Source of the DNA: Dickeya dadantii NCPPB 898
GTDB taxonomy: Bacteria > Pseudomonadota > Gammaproteobacteria > Enterobacterales > Enterobacteriaceae
Reading direction: 5' to 3'
DNA length: 32,000 nt
Assembly: GCF_000406145.1 (NCBI RefSeq)
Contig: NZ_CM001976.1
Span: forward strand, 2,353,543 to 2,385,542
Positions within the stretch are counted from its first letter, which is position 1; every line of letters starts with the position of its first letter. The translations under genes were made by a program, and so were the position numbers. Shown here piece after piece: positions 1 through 9,751 of this stretch. The notes under the pieces were generated by a model. It was not told where the DNA came from and ran no database searches. It saw only the letters and a list, made by a program, of their open reading frames with translations.

Positions 1-897
1 CTGTGGGGCGGCGACCTCATACTCATGACGAATTTCGATGCCCTGAACCGCCGGATCGTCGGTATTGATGGTGGCTGGAATACCGTGGCGCAAAAAATGC
101 ACCAGCGGATGTTCGTTCATCGCTTTTACCGTGCTGGTTTGCAGGTTGGAAGTCAGGCAGGACTCGATGCCAATCTGGTGTTCGGCCATGTATTCCATTA
201 ACGAGCGATCGACAATGGCGGTCACGCCGTGGCCGATGCGTTCGGCCCCCAGTTGCTTAATCGCCTGCCAGATGCTTTCCGGACCAGCGGCCTCGCCGGC
301 ATGGGTGGTGAGGTGCCAGCCTGCATCTCGGGCGCGGGTAAAGTGGGTGGTGAACAATTCGCCGGGGAAGCCAAGCTCATCACCCGCCAGATCGATGGCG
401 ACGATATGGTCTTTGTGGGCCAGCAGTGCGTTCAGTTCCTGTTCACAAGCCTGAGTACCAAAGGTGCGGCTCATGATGCCGATCAGGCGTATCATGACGT
501 CGTGGTTATGGTCGCGGCAGCCCGCTGCGATGCCGTCGATCACCGCTTCTACTACGCCTTCCAGCGGTAGTTGATGACTACGGGCCATGTAGTAGGGGGA
601 AAAGCGCAGTTCAGCATAATCCAGTCCGGCACGTATGGCGTCTTCAACGTTTTCGTAAGCCACCCGGCGACAGGCATCCAGCGATCCCAGAACGGCCACT
701 CCCCAGTCCAGTTTTTGCAGAAAACGTAGTAGGTCAGGTTCATTGTCGACGATCTGGACATGAGGGCGCAGTGAAGCCAGGTCGTGACCCGGCAGGTCGA
801 TAGTAAACTGGCGGCCCAATTCAAGGATGGTCTGAGGACGAATATTACCATCAAGATGGCGATGGATATCCGTCAGCGGAATGTGCGGATTAATCAT
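1..897 (-). CDS. add: adenosine deaminase, first 299 codons (C-terminus lies beyond the window start)
   Basis: Absent from the ORF track because it is open at the window edge. Hand translation of the minus strand from ATG at 897 gives [31 protein letters not shown]...[15 protein letters not shown]...[26 protein letters not shown]...[14 protein letters not shown]...[11 protein letters not shown]. This is colinear with E. coli Add, including the HxH metal motif and the TDDP motif. Confidence 0.9.
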   Translation of the reverse strand, partial: MINPHIPLTDIHRHLDGNIRPQTILELGRQFTIDLPGHDLASLRPHVQIVDNEPDLLRFLQKLDWGVAVLGSLDACRRVAYENVEDAIRAGLDYAELRFSPYYMARSHQLPLEGVVEAVIDGIAAGCRDHNHDVMIRLIGIMSRTFGTQACEQELNALLAHKDHIVAIDLAGDELGFPGELFTTHFTRARDAGWHLTTHAGEAAGPESIWQAIKQLGAERIGHGVTAIVDRSLMEYMAEHQIGIESCLTSNLQTSTVKAMNEHPLVHFLRHGIPATINTDDPAVQGIEIRHEYEVAAPQ

Positions 898-1159
898 GTT
901 TTACTCTTTTATTATTAAGAAAATCCATCAGCAGGCGGTATTCCTCATGATGCTGGCATGGCACCGCCGCACCGCGAGGGTCAGGGGCTGATAACTTGTT
1001 GTGCAGTATAAGAATAAAGTTACGTATATTTCTATTGATAAAAAGAAATTTTCGTATCAAGGGCGAGATTACGCAGGTTACGCTCAGACGTGCAAATACC
1101 GCCAGCTCGGATATTTCGGATATATTGACGGGCTGGCGTCATCCTATGCGAGCAGTTAA

Positions 1160-2101
1160 TTATCTGGAAGATCGGTTAAATGGTGCATTGGCAAGAATGA
1201 CACCCAACGTAATGACGACGACGCCAAAGACATTAGGCAAAGAAAAACGCTCTCCAAGCAACGGAACAGCGAGTAAATAGGCTAGCGCTGGACATAACGA
1301 CCCTATCAGCGCACTGCGGTTTGGCCCGAGTTTCTGCACGGCAACCGTATAACTCAAGCTGGAAATAATCCCCGTACCCAATCCTTGTATCAGCAGGAAA
1401 GGCAGCATCTCGTGCAAAGTGACGCGACTGAGATGCGATTCGACAACGCCTGTCGTCATTAAACCAAGCAACAGCAAGGCGGATGGGAGACTGAGCAACA
1501 AGACGCATCCTATCGTATCGAGTCCACTTCGACGAATCGCCAGCGTATAGCCACCCCACAAAAGACTGGCCAAAAGCAGCATGGCGCTGCCGCTAATCAT
1601 GGTTGCACTGAATCCCGGCAAGACCATGGAGACGACACCTACCAAAATAAGCAGAATGGCACGCAATTGTGTCGTGCCGACGCGATGTCGAAACAGGACA
1701 AAAGCTAACAAGGCGACTGAAAGGGGTGACGTGCCGGCGATCAAAGCGGCGACATGCGCGGCTGTCGTTAAGTGGCCGCCTAGCGATGCGATAAAGAAAT
1801 AGGGGACGCCGCCGCCGACAAGTACGGCGATGATTTCACGTGGGCGAAGGTTTGATAGTTGATACAGGCGCGCGGGGAGCCAGGGTAACAACAGCAGGGC
1901 AGGTATGCCAAACCGGAACAGCGCAACGTCGGCAATGGACAGTGGCGAAGCACTAATGGCCCTGATGGAAACTGCGAATAGCGACCACGCTATCACGGCG
2001 ATGGCCATCGCCACATAACCAAAAATCATTCCGGCAGGTTGGGCTTGCTCCGACCGGTAAGACTGAGCCGTCTGCGTGTTTTTTACGTTTTCAACTTGCA
2101 T
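1160..2101 (-). CDS. DMT-superfamily (EamA-type) permease
   Basis: 313-aa ORF, strongly hydrophobic with about 10 spans in two similar halves. A GGGGGAA Shine-Dalgarno lies 5 nt before ATG 2101. It is divergent from an Lrp/AsnC regulator, a common exporter arrangement. Confidence 0.8.
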   Translation of the reverse strand: MQVENVKNTQTAQSYRSEQAQPAGMIFGYVAMAIAVIAWSLFAVSIRAISASPLSIADVALFRFGIPALLLLPWLPARLYQLSNLRPREIIAVLVGGGVPYFFIASLGGHLTTAAHVAALIAGTSPLSVALLAFVLFRHRVGTTQLRAILLILVGVVSMVLPGFSATMISGSAMLLLASLLWGGYTLAIRRSGLDTIGCVLLLSLPSALLLLGLMTTGVVESHLSRVTLHEMLPFLLIQGLGTGIISSLSYTVAVQKLGPNRSALIGSLCPALAYLLAVPLLGERFSLPNVFGVVVITLGVILANAPFNRSSR

Positions 2102-2214
2102 TTGGTTCCCCCACGGTAATAGTCTTTATTTTGATCATATTACATATTTTTCAGTGGTGACTTACTGCTATATCTTCTATTTATTAATACTATATTGGTG
2201 GATTCATCTAATTT

Positions 2215-2679
2215 ATGAACAAACTCGATGCAACGGATCGACAAATCGTTATGCTCTTGCAGCAAGACGGACGGCTGACGATCCAAAACTTATCGGAGAA
2301 AATTAATCTGTCTCCGACACCATGCCTGCGGCGAGTACGGCAGTTGGAAAAGGCAGGAATTCTTACTGGCTACACCGCTATCGTTAATGAAGAGGCCTAC
2401 GGCTTGCCGATTACCGCTCTGGTGCGAATTCGCCTTGAGCGTCATTCTGAAGCATCGGTACAGGCATTTGAGCAATCGGTAGGTGTAATTGACGACATTA
2501 TGGACTGCTATGTCATGGCGGGTGATGCAGACTATTTGTTGCGCGTGTTGGTCAGTAGCCTCCGCGATTACGAACGCTTCGTGCGGGATAAACTACAGAA
2601 AATTGGCGGTATTGCTTCAATCGAGACTAGTTTTGCGTATGGGATGGTTAAACGGTCAAAGGTATTTCCTCGTCTGTGA
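2215..2679 (+). CDS. Lrp/AsnC-family transcriptional regulator
   Basis: 154 aa. N-terminal HTH signature LDATDRQIVMLLQQDGRLTIQNLSEKINLSPTPCLRRVRQLEKAGIL, followed by a C-terminal AsnC-type ligand domain pattern (DYLLRV...LRDYERFV). Confidence 0.88.
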   Translation: MNKLDATDRQIVMLLQQDGRLTIQNLSEKINLSPTPCLRRVRQLEKAGILTGYTAIVNEEAYGLPITALVRIRLERHSEASVQAFEQSVGVIDDIMDCYVMAGDADYLLRVLVSSLRDYERFVRDKLQKIGGIASIETSFAYGMVKRSKVFPRL

Positions 2680-2841
2680 TGTTGGCGCTGTCGCAAGGTA
2701 AGTCGTAATTGTCGCGTTTTGTCCATTACGGCTTGACGTAACGCGGGTCACCTCCCGCAGAACACGCCTTTGGGTGGCTGAGCGGCGGGAAACCAGCCGC
2801 ATCAGCAAGGGGAGACGAGTTGGGCCTGTGTGGGTAAGCCC

Positions 2842-2869
2842 GACGAAACCGGCGCCTTGTCGGCGCCGG
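2842..2869 (-). terminator. candidate rho-independent terminator of ydgA
   Basis: Minus strand reads CCGGCGCC-GACAA-GGCGCCGG (8-bp perfect GC stem at 2849-2869) followed by TTTCGTC. It starts 8 nt after the ydgA stop. Confidence 0.5.
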
Positions 2870-2876
2870 CGGGCGG

Positions 2877-4433
2877 TTATGGGCTGACTGATGCGTCCGA
2901 CTGCTGTTCTTCCGGCGCGGAATCATCGCCTTCTTCAGGCACGTTCTCCGACGGCAACGTGATGAACGGCGCGATAAACTCTCCCAGCGGAATCTTGCGA
3001 CCGTTGAAGGTCACGGTACCGTCGCTGTACTGCAGCGAACTGGTGATGGCGTTGTCCTTGGTCACGGTGACCTGACTCATCTGGCCGATGTTCGCCATCA
3101 GTTGCGTCTGCTGACGCGCCATCTGTTCCAGCTGTTTTTTCTCGTCGTCGGAAGAGGCTTTCGGCGCGGTTTGCACCATCAGTTCGGTGATCATGTCCAG
3201 CGGCACGTTGAGGCGGGCATCCAGATTTTTCACCGACTGACGAATAATCGCTTCCTCATCGGACAGATTGCCGGTCGGCGCCGCGTTTTTCTGCAGCGGA
3301 TCGGTCAGGTCCAGCGCCAGCGTGAAGGTACTTTCGCCTTTGGCGTTCTTCCAACTGAACGGTGCAATCTTGACGCTTGGATTGCCTTTCAGCAGTTGCG
3401 GCAGGTTGTGCAGAACCAGCGCGGCCAGTTGCTGGTCGTAGACCTCCGGCGTGATCTGGTCGATATTCTGCAACAGCGACTGCAGGTTTTTCTGGTATTC
3501 GGTCATGAACTGGCGCGTGCCTTTGCCATCCAGCCCGGCGAAGTTGACGTTCATGTTCAGCGATCCCAGATTTTGATCGCGGAACAGCGCCGAGCCCAGG
3601 GTCAGCGTCATCTGTCCGGCCAGGTTGGCGTCATCTTCCGTGGTGTGATTGACCAGCGCGAAATCGTTCAGCGCCAGGCTATCGCCGCCCTGAACGTCCA
3701 GCGCCAGTTTTTTCAGCGTGAGCTTGACGTCGCCGACTTCGAGGTCGAATTTGCCTTTGCGGGTATCGCTGTTAAGCGCCAGATCCTGCAGCGTCAGCTT
3801 TTCGTTCTGCCCGTGCAGGTTGGGTTTTTCCATCGCCAGATTGGCGACATTGCCGATCACTTTACCCGCCCGCAGATCGCCGGCCAGATCTACCAGCAGC
3901 GTGGTGCCGCTGAAACTGGCCTTCATGTCAGGACTCTGCACGTCCAGCGCTTCCAGCGTGACGGCGGAGTGCGTATCGCCGCTGTAATCGATACGGCTAT
4001 CGGCGGTGATGAACGGTTTGTTTTTGGTCAGCTCAAACAGCGCTTTCACCGAGTCGGTGTTGGCCAGTTCGCCGTGCACGGCCGCCATCGCCGGCTTCAG
4101 GCTAAACTGGCTGGCGGTGAGCGGGAAAGGGCCGTGGAAGACGGTCGCGTTAAACACCACTTCTTCGTTTGCGGCCAACAGGTGCTGACGGGCGTCGGAA
4201 CCGTCAGACTGTACGACCAGCGCTACCTGGCTTTTGAAGATGCCGCGCTGATAGTCGCGGAACGTCACCTTGATGCCCGCCTGCGGGTAGGCGTTTTTCA
4301 GCCCGTTGTTCAGGTTGTCGGTGACTTCGCCAATGTGTTGCTCAATCTGCTTACCGGTAAACCAGGAGGCGCCCCCCCAGGCCGCTGCAAGTGCAATAAC
4401 GATTCCTGCCGCTACCACTGTTTTTTTGGCCAC
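2877..4433 (-). CDS. ydgA: DUF945-family membrane-anchored protein YdgA
   Basis: 518 aa with a single N-terminal TM (VVAAGIVIALAAAWGGASWF). Length, repetitive beta-rich body and position next to manA match E. coli ydgA. It carries an extra acidic C-terminal tail. Confidence 0.8.
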   Translation of the reverse strand: MAKKTVVAAGIVIALAAAWGGASWFTGKQIEQHIGEVTDNLNNGLKNAYPQAGIKVTFRDYQRGIFKSQVALVVQSDGSDARQHLLAANEEVVFNATVFHGPFPLTASQFSLKPAMAAVHGELANTDSVKALFELTKNKPFITADSRIDYSGDTHSAVTLEALDVQSPDMKASFSGTTLLVDLAGDLRAGKVIGNVANLAMEKPNLHGQNEKLTLQDLALNSDTRKGKFDLEVGDVKLTLKKLALDVQGGDSLALNDFALVNHTTEDDANLAGQMTLTLGSALFRDQNLGSLNMNVNFAGLDGKGTRQFMTEYQKNLQSLLQNIDQITPEVYDQQLAALVLHNLPQLLKGNPSVKIAPFSWKNAKGESTFTLALDLTDPLQKNAAPTGNLSDEEAIIRQSVKNLDARLNVPLDMITELMVQTAPKASSDDEKKQLEQMARQQTQLMANIGQMSQVTVTKDNAITSSLQYSDGTVTFNGRKIPLGEFIAPFITLPSENVPEEGDDSAPEEQQSDASVSP

Positions 4434-4491
4434 GCTATATATTTCCTTGTTGATTCACGGTTTCGTATCCCTCATCGGGGAGTACAGGGCT

Positions 4492-5676
4492 TTATGCCAT
4501 TAAAGGCCGGTTATAGACGCGGGCAATCTGACCCTGCCCCTGAACCTGAACCGGCGATTCGCTGGCGGGGATAAAGCAGGATTCGCCTGGCAGCAGTGTG
4601 ACCTGCTGAGCCCCTTTTTCCAGCACCGCCTGGCCTTCGACGCAAAAGATAATCGCCGCACTCTGCTGGCTGAGCGTCTGCGGCGCATCGGTAAGATAAT
4701 GCAGTGAAAAGGCAAAGTCATCGACCGGAATAGGGAAACTCAGCTCGTTGGCCGTTTTTATCGGCGAGGTGAGCAGAGAAGCGGCAGGTTTCGATTCGAA
4801 ACGGACGTTGGCGATCAGCTCGGGGATATCGATGTACTTGGGCGTCAGGCCGGCGCGCAGGACGTTGTCTGAATTGGCCATCACTTCCAGCGCCACGCCC
4901 TGAAGGTAGGCGTGCGGGGTTTCGGCGTACAGGAACATGGCTTCGCCGGGTTTCAGCGTGACGACGTTCAGCAGCAGCGGAGAGAACAGGCCGCCGTCAT
5001 CGGGATAAAACTGCGCAATAAATCGGATGGTGTCCCAGGGTTCGCCGTGTTGACCGTCCAGCACGCGTTGCAGTTCTGCGATGGCCTGCGCTTTCTGTTC
5101 GCCGTTCATGCTCAGCAGGCTGGAGAACAGCGTCGTCAGCGTCTGGCTGTCCGGGCGCTGCAAAAACGCGGCGATCGCCGGATGGGCATCGGCCAGCGGT
5201 TGCAACAGGCTGGCGATCTCGGCCAGCTCGCGAAAGCCGTTCATCGCCAGATAAGGCGTGAGAGCGAAGACCAGTTCCGGTTTGTGGTTGGCATCCTTGT
5301 AATTGCGTTGGGGCGAGTCCAGCGCGATACCGGCGGCATTTTCCCGAGCGAATCCCGCCTCGGCGGCGGATTTACTGGGGTGAACCTGAATCGACAACGG
5401 TTGTTCGGCGCACAAAACCTTGAACAGGAACGGCAACTCGCCAAAGCGCTGGGCCACCGCGTTACCCAGAAAACCGGGTTGATCGCTATTGATCAACTCA
5501 CGCAGATTGTGCGCTTGCCCTTGCTCGTCAAGCAGCAGGGAACTGCTTTTCGGATGTGCGCCCATCCACAGTTCGGCCATTGGAAGGTTGTCTGGGTTTT
5601 CAATCCCATACAGTTCAGTTAACGCATGTTTACTGCCCCAGGCGTAATTCTGCACACTGTTGCGCATTTTTTGCAT
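4492..5676 (-). CDS. manA: mannose-6-phosphate isomerase, class I
   Basis: 394 aa. MQKMRNSVQNYAWGSKHALTELYG...AELWMGAHPK...LPFLFKVLCAEQPLSIQVHP...VMANSDNVLRAGLTPKYIDIPEL is colinear with E. coli ManA. Confidence 0.96.
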   Translation of the reverse strand: MQKMRNSVQNYAWGSKHALTELYGIENPDNLPMAELWMGAHPKSSSLLLDEQGQAHNLRELINSDQPGFLGNAVAQRFGELPFLFKVLCAEQPLSIQVHPSKSAAEAGFARENAAGIALDSPQRNYKDANHKPELVFALTPYLAMNGFRELAEIASLLQPLADAHPAIAAFLQRPDSQTLTTLFSSLLSMNGEQKAQAIAELQRVLDGQHGEPWDTIRFIAQFYPDDGGLFSPLLLNVVTLKPGEAMFLYAETPHAYLQGVALEVMANSDNVLRAGLTPKYIDIPELIANVRFESKPAASLLTSPIKTANELSFPIPVDDFAFSLHYLTDAPQTLSQQSAAIIFCVEGQAVLEKGAQQVTLLPGESCFIPASESPVQVQGQGQIARVYNRPLMA

Positions 5677-5853
5677 AATATTTTCCTGTCATTAAACAGA
5701 TTGTTAATTTCCATAACGGCGACGGTGGAGACTTCGGCGAGGAATGGCTGCACCATCTTAATGCACGCCATGTTAATGCTTTATATGCCATGATTCCAGA
5801 AGGGTAAAAATTCGCACTCATCTGAAAGTGACTTGTTTTACAAAGGAGAAACC

Positions 5854-7251
5854 ATGTCAGACACTCGAATCGAAAAAGACTCCATGGGGCCGATTGCCGT
5901 GCCGGCAGCGCACCTTTGGGGGGCTCAGACCCAGCGTTCGCTGGAGCATTTCCGTATTTCGGAAGAGAAAATGCCGAGAGCGCTGATCGTGGCGCTGGCG
6001 CAAACCAAGCGGGCGGCCGCCCGCGTGAATATGGATTTGGGGCTGTTGCCTGCGGATAAAGGCGACGCCATTCTCCAGGCGGCGGATGAAGTGCTGAACG
6101 GGCTGCATGCCGGCGAATTTCCGCTGGCTATCTGGCAGACCGGTTCCGGTACTCAGACCAATATGAATATGAACGAAGTGCTGGCGAATCGGGCCAGCGA
6201 AGTGCTGGGCGGCGTTCGGGGCAATGAGCGGCTGGTGCACCCGAACGACGACGTCAATAAGAGCCAGAGTTCTAACGATGTTTTTCCTACGGCGATGCAT
6301 GTGGCGGCGGTTACCGTGGTACGGGAACACCTGCTCCCTGAACTGAAGGTGTTGCAGCAAACGCTGGCGGATAAAGCCGTGCAATTCGCCGATATCGTCA
6401 AAATAGGCCGCACCCATTTGCAGGATGCGACGCCGCTGACGCTGGGGCAGGAGATTTCCGGCTGGGTGGCGATGCTGACGCACAACCTGCGTCATATCGA
6501 AAACAGTATCCCGCACCTGTGCGAACTGGCGTTGGGCGGCACCGCGGTCGGCACCGGATTGAACACGCACCCGGAATACGCGGTGCGGGTGGCGGCGGAA
6601 CTGGCCTCGCTGACCGGTCACCCGTTTGTCACCGCGCCGAACAAGTTTGAAGCGTTAGCGACCTGCGATGCGCTGGTTCACGGGCACGGCGCCTTGAAAG
6701 GGCTGGCGGCGTCGCTGATGAAGATCGCCAACGACGTCCGCTGGCTGGCGTCCGGGCCGCGTTGTGGTATTGGTGAAATCGCCATTCCGGAAAACGAACC
6801 GGGCAGTTCCATCATGCCGGGCAAGGTCAATCCGACACAGTGTGAAGCCATGACCATGCTGTGTTGCCAGGTGATGGGGAACGATGTGGCGGTAAACCTG
6901 GGCGGCGCGTCCGGTAATTTTGAATTGAACGTGTTCCGACCGATGGTGATCCACAACTTCCTGCAGTCGGTACGGTTGCTGGCCGACGGTATGAAGAGTT
7001 TCAACGAGCATTGCGCCGTCGGGATTGAACCGAATCGCGAACGTATCAATCAGTTACTGAACGAGTCGCTGATGTTGGTGACGGCGCTCAATCCGCACAT
7101 CGGTTATGACAAAGCGGCGGAGATCGCCAAAAAAGCGCATAAAGAAGGGCTGACGCTGAAAGCGTCGGCGTTAAAGTTGGGCTACCTGACCGAAGAACAG
7201 TTCATCCAGTGGGTACGCCCGGAAGACATGGTTGGCAGTATGAAGTCGTGA
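5854..7251 (+). CDS. fumC: class II fumarate hydratase
   Basis: The track ORF starts at TTG 5833. ATG 5854 is preferred because of an AAGGAG 6 nt upstream and the match to the E. coli N-terminus. The GSSxMPxKxN signature is present ([15 protein letters not shown]), and the protein is near-identical in long stretches to E. coli FumC. Confidence 0.96.
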   Translation: MSDTRIEKDSMGPIAVPAAHLWGAQTQRSLEHFRISEEKMPRALIVALAQTKRAAARVNMDLGLLPADKGDAILQAADEVLNGLHAGEFPLAIWQTGSGTQTNMNMNEVLANRASEVLGGVRGNERLVHPNDDVNKSQSSNDVFPTAMHVAAVTVVREHLLPELKVLQQTLADKAVQFADIVKIGRTHLQDATPLTLGQEISGWVAMLTHNLRHIENSIPHLCELALGGTAVGTGLNTHPEYAVRVAAELASLTGHPFVTAPNKFEALATCDALVHGHGALKGLAASLMKIANDVRWLASGPRCGIGEIAIPENEPGSSIMPGKVNPTQCEAMTMLCCQVMGNDVAVNLGGASGNFELNVFRPMVIHNFLQSVRLLADGMKSFNEHCAVGIEPNRERINQLLNESLMLVTALNPHIGYDKAAEIAKKAHKEGLTLKASALKLGYLTEEQFIQWVRPEDMVGSMKS

Positions 7252-7254
7252 CGT

Positions 7255-8181
7255 TCATATGCCGTCATCGGTGTACAAATGCAGCCTAGGGATCAATAGC
7301 CGCAATGGTTTGGCTTTGGGGCGGTGCCGATGCTGAATGTTATCGGCGTCATAGTCGTTCAGTTCGCCCATTACGGGGACGGCGTCCTGGCGGCATAGCA
7401 CCAGTAACGGCGAAGGGCAGGGATACTGCACCTGTTTCTGCTGCTCCTGATACCAGACTCTGGCGATAGGCTGTACTTTCACCGGCCGTTTAATTTTCAG
7501 CGACGCCTGCTCCGGCAGGCGTTTTACATCCTGTATTTCCTGCTCCAGCAACGATGCCCACTGTTCCTTGCTGTACGGCGCCTGACTGCGCCCGGCGCGC
7601 AGGCTTTTCTCCAGCTTTTCCAGCAAGGCATCCCGGGTGAGATTTTTGATGATGTTCTTGTTCGCCCAGCCAAATCGCACCGATGTCGGATCGACCAGCA
7701 GGGTGATGGTGCGGTAGGCGCTCAGCGTGATCAGCCCTTTTAGGTGCGTATGAACAAAATCGAAACGCTGCTCCGGTTCCAGCCCGGATTCCACCGTAAT
7801 GATCTGTTCCAGCTCTTTTTTGCGCGCGTTGATGTCGGTAATTAGCCGATGAGCCTGCCGGTATTCCTGCTGCTCAACGCGAAAACACAGTACGCCGGGC
7901 AGGCGAATCGCCGCTTTGCTGCTGACGGTTTCTGCGTGGTGATGAATAAACAGATGACGAAAATGCGGCAAGCCGATATCGCACGCGTCATCGCCGGTGA
8001 CCGGCGTGACGTGAATCTGTGTAACCGGATCGTGCTCGGTGCCTTTCTCCACTGGCGGAAGCGTAAAAATATGCCCGCCGGCGAAGCGAAATGTCCGGAA
8101 CAACTGATGCATTTCAGACAATTGCGCCTCAAGGGTGGTGAAGCAATGATTCATGCGTTCGATCAGGTCGTAGGCTGCCAT
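7255..8181 (-). CDS. tus: DNA replication terminus site-binding protein Tus
   Basis: Start moved to ATG 8181 (MAAYDLIERMN... versus E. coli MARYDLVDRLN...), giving 308 aa. Conserved strings: FRHLFI, SSKAAIRLPGVLCF, RFGWANKNIIKNL, LKIKRPVKVQPIARVWY, LRLLIPRLHLY. Confidence 0.94.
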   Translation of the reverse strand: MAAYDLIERMNHCFTTLEAQLSEMHQLFRTFRFAGGHIFTLPPVEKGTEHDPVTQIHVTPVTGDDACDIGLPHFRHLFIHHHAETVSSKAAIRLPGVLCFRVEQQEYRQAHRLITDINARKKELEQIITVESGLEPEQRFDFVHTHLKGLITLSAYRTITLLVDPTSVRFGWANKNIIKNLTRDALLEKLEKSLRAGRSQAPYSKEQWASLLEQEIQDVKRLPEQASLKIKRPVKVQPIARVWYQEQQKQVQYPCPSPLLVLCRQDAVPVMGELNDYDADNIQHRHRPKAKPLRLLIPRLHLYTDDGI

Positions 8182-8197
8182 TATTACACCCATCATT

Positions 8198-8220
8198 TAT
8201 TTAGTTACAACATACTTATG
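8198..8220 (-). other. Ter site (TerB-like Tus-binding replication terminator) in the tus promoter
   Basis: Minus strand reads CATAAGTATGTTGTAACTAAATA versus E. coli TerB AATAAGTATGTTGTAACTAAAGT. That is 20/23 identical, with positions 2-21 uninterrupted. It lies 17 bp upstream of the tus ATG. Confidence 0.88.
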
Positions 8221-8303
8221 CATTCTAAACTAAACGCTAAGTTTAGCAACCTACGTCATTATCGTTTTAGCAGCGAAGAAAACGGAGAGTAGCGGGGAGA
8301 TGG

Positions 8304-8338
8304 GACTCACCGGCCGGCGCGTTCAGGCTCGGTGAGTC
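8304..8338. other. stem-loop downstream of ynfM (9-bp perfect stem, no U-tract)
   Basis: GACTCACCG (8304-8312) pairs with CGGTGAGTC (8330-8338) across a 17-nt loop. No T-run follows on either strand, so a classical terminator call is weak. Confidence 0.35.
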
Positions 8339-8362
8339 GCAAATAATACCATTGTTCGTGAA

Positions 8363-9646
8363 TTACACCCTGCTTTTCAGGGACTTTAGTTTAAACCCGA
8401 GCAACAGTGCCAGCATCAGCAGGCATGACAGAAACAGCACCAGACCGGTCCAGCCGTAGTGATACCAGAAGAAACCGCCGGAGGTACCGGCCAGGCTCGA
8501 CCCCAGATAATAACAGAACAGGTATTGAGACGATGCCTGTCCTCTGGCGCGCAGCGCCCGCACGCCAATCCAGCTGCTGGCGACCGAGTGGGAGGCAAAG
8601 AACCCCGCGGCAAACAGCATCATCCCGACGAACATTACTGGTAATGAACTGAACAGGGTTAACAGCAGGCCGGACAACATCAGGGCAATGCTGCCGACCA
8701 GCACCGGTCCGCGTCCAAAGCGAGCAATCATCGCCCCGGCGCGGGGAGACGCGTAACTGCCGGTCAGGTAGACCACCGACAACAACCCGACGACCGTCTG
8801 ACTCAGATTATAGGGAGCACCCAGCAGGCGGTAGCCAATGTAGTTGAACAGCGTGACAAAGCTCCCCATCAGCAGGAATCCCTCGGCGAACAACAACGGC
8901 AAACCCGCGTCACGCCAGTGTAGGCGAGCATTGATCCACAGCGTTTTGGGGCGCAGTGAGCCGGCGCGAAAATGGCGTGAGTCGGGCAATATTCGCCAGA
9001 ACGTCACCGAGGCCAGCAACGCGACCACGCCGATACAAGCAATAGACACACGCCAGTTGAAAAAATCGGTAATCACCCCGGTCAGCAGGCGTCCGCTCAT
9101 GCCGCCAATGGAGTTGCCGCTGATGTATAGCCCCATGGAGAATGCCACCACGCTGGGGTGAATTTCCTCGCTCAGGTAGGTCATCGCCACCGCCGCCACG
9201 CCGCTGAGCGATAAGCCGACCAGTGCCCGCATGGCCAGCAGCCCGGCCCAGTTAGTCATCATCGAACCAATCAGGGTACAAACCGAGGCCAGCAACAGAG
9301 ACACCACCATCACATTTTTGCGCCCGATGGTGTCCGACAGCGGGCCGGTAAACAATAACCCGACCGCCATGGTAATAGTGGAGACAGAGAGCGACAGGCT
9401 GCTGGTTGCCGGCGACACGCCAAAGGCCTGCGACAGCACCGGCAGTATCGGTTGCACGCAGTACAGTAAGGCGAACGTCGCCAGGCCGGCGGAGAACAAC
9501 GCCAGCGTAACGCGAATGAACGTCGGCGTGCCTCGGGTGATAAACGGGTTTTTATAAACGGGCGAGTGAGTCAAGCGTTGAGGTTGGATGTCATCGGTGA
9601 CAGAAGCGGACATTCCTTGTGCTGACAGCGGGGTACTCAAAATCAA
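8363..9646 (-). CDS. ynfM: MFS transporter YnfM
   Basis: 427 aa. RVTLALFSAGLATFALLYCVQPILPVLSQ, MRALVGLSLSGVAAVAMTYLSEEIHPS and LPLLFAEGFLLMGSFVTLFNYIGYRL are near-identical to E. coli YnfM. The start codon is uncertain (TTG 9646 or ATG 9613). Confidence 0.9.
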   Translation of the reverse strand: MILSTPLSAQGMSASVTDDIQPQRLTHSPVYKNPFITRGTPTFIRVTLALFSAGLATFALLYCVQPILPVLSQAFGVSPATSSLSLSVSTITMAVGLLFTGPLSDTIGRKNVMVVSLLLASVCTLIGSMMTNWAGLLAMRALVGLSLSGVAAVAMTYLSEEIHPSVVAFSMGLYISGNSIGGMSGRLLTGVITDFFNWRVSIACIGVVALLASVTFWRILPDSRHFRAGSLRPKTLWINARLHWRDAGLPLLFAEGFLLMGSFVTLFNYIGYRLLGAPYNLSQTVVGLLSVVYLTGSYASPRAGAMIARFGRGPVLVGSIALMLSGLLLTLFSSLPVMFVGMMLFAAGFFASHSVASSWIGVRALRARGQASSQYLFCYYLGSSLAGTSGGFFWYHYGWTGLVLFLSCLLMLALLLGFKLKSLKSRV

Positions 9647-9725
9647 TCCTTATCCGGAAAAAATGCGGCAGAAACATCAGTGAGCGCATCATAGAATTGG
9701 CTCGATTGTTTTGTATAATATATTA

Positions 9726-9740
9726 ATCATTAATAATGAT
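9726..9740. promoter_or_regulatory. perfect 15-bp palindrome, candidate LysR (T-N11-A) box
   Basis: ATCATTA-A-TAATGAT. The embedded TCATTAATAATGA fits T-N11-A. It sits in the ynfM/ynfL divergent intergenic region, 11 nt before the ynfL ATG. A TATAAT hexamer lies at 9714-9719. Confidence 0.4.
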
Positions 9741-9751
9741 ACTTTATAAAT

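Noticed and set aside
3102-4574. 490-aa ORF on the plus strand
   Set aside because: It is entirely antisense to ydgA. The composition is Arg/Gln/Val/Gly-rich and low in complexity (RGFRRGLHHQFGDH...), typical of the mirror frame of a GC-rich gene. It has no SD or family signature.
4912-5622. 236-aa ORF antisense to manA, and similarly 5857-6621 (-) and 6655-7049 (-) antisense to fumC
   Set aside because: These are shadow ORFs inside confidently identified, highly conserved genes. The sequences are Arg-rich and nonsensical.
4532-7422. KOPS (GGGNAGGG) polarity as independent support for dif
   Set aside because: By eye I found only GGGCAGGG on the plus strand at 7415-7422 and its complement CCCTGCCC at 4532-4539. 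That is one in each orientation, and the scan was not exhaustive, so no inference is possible without a computed count.
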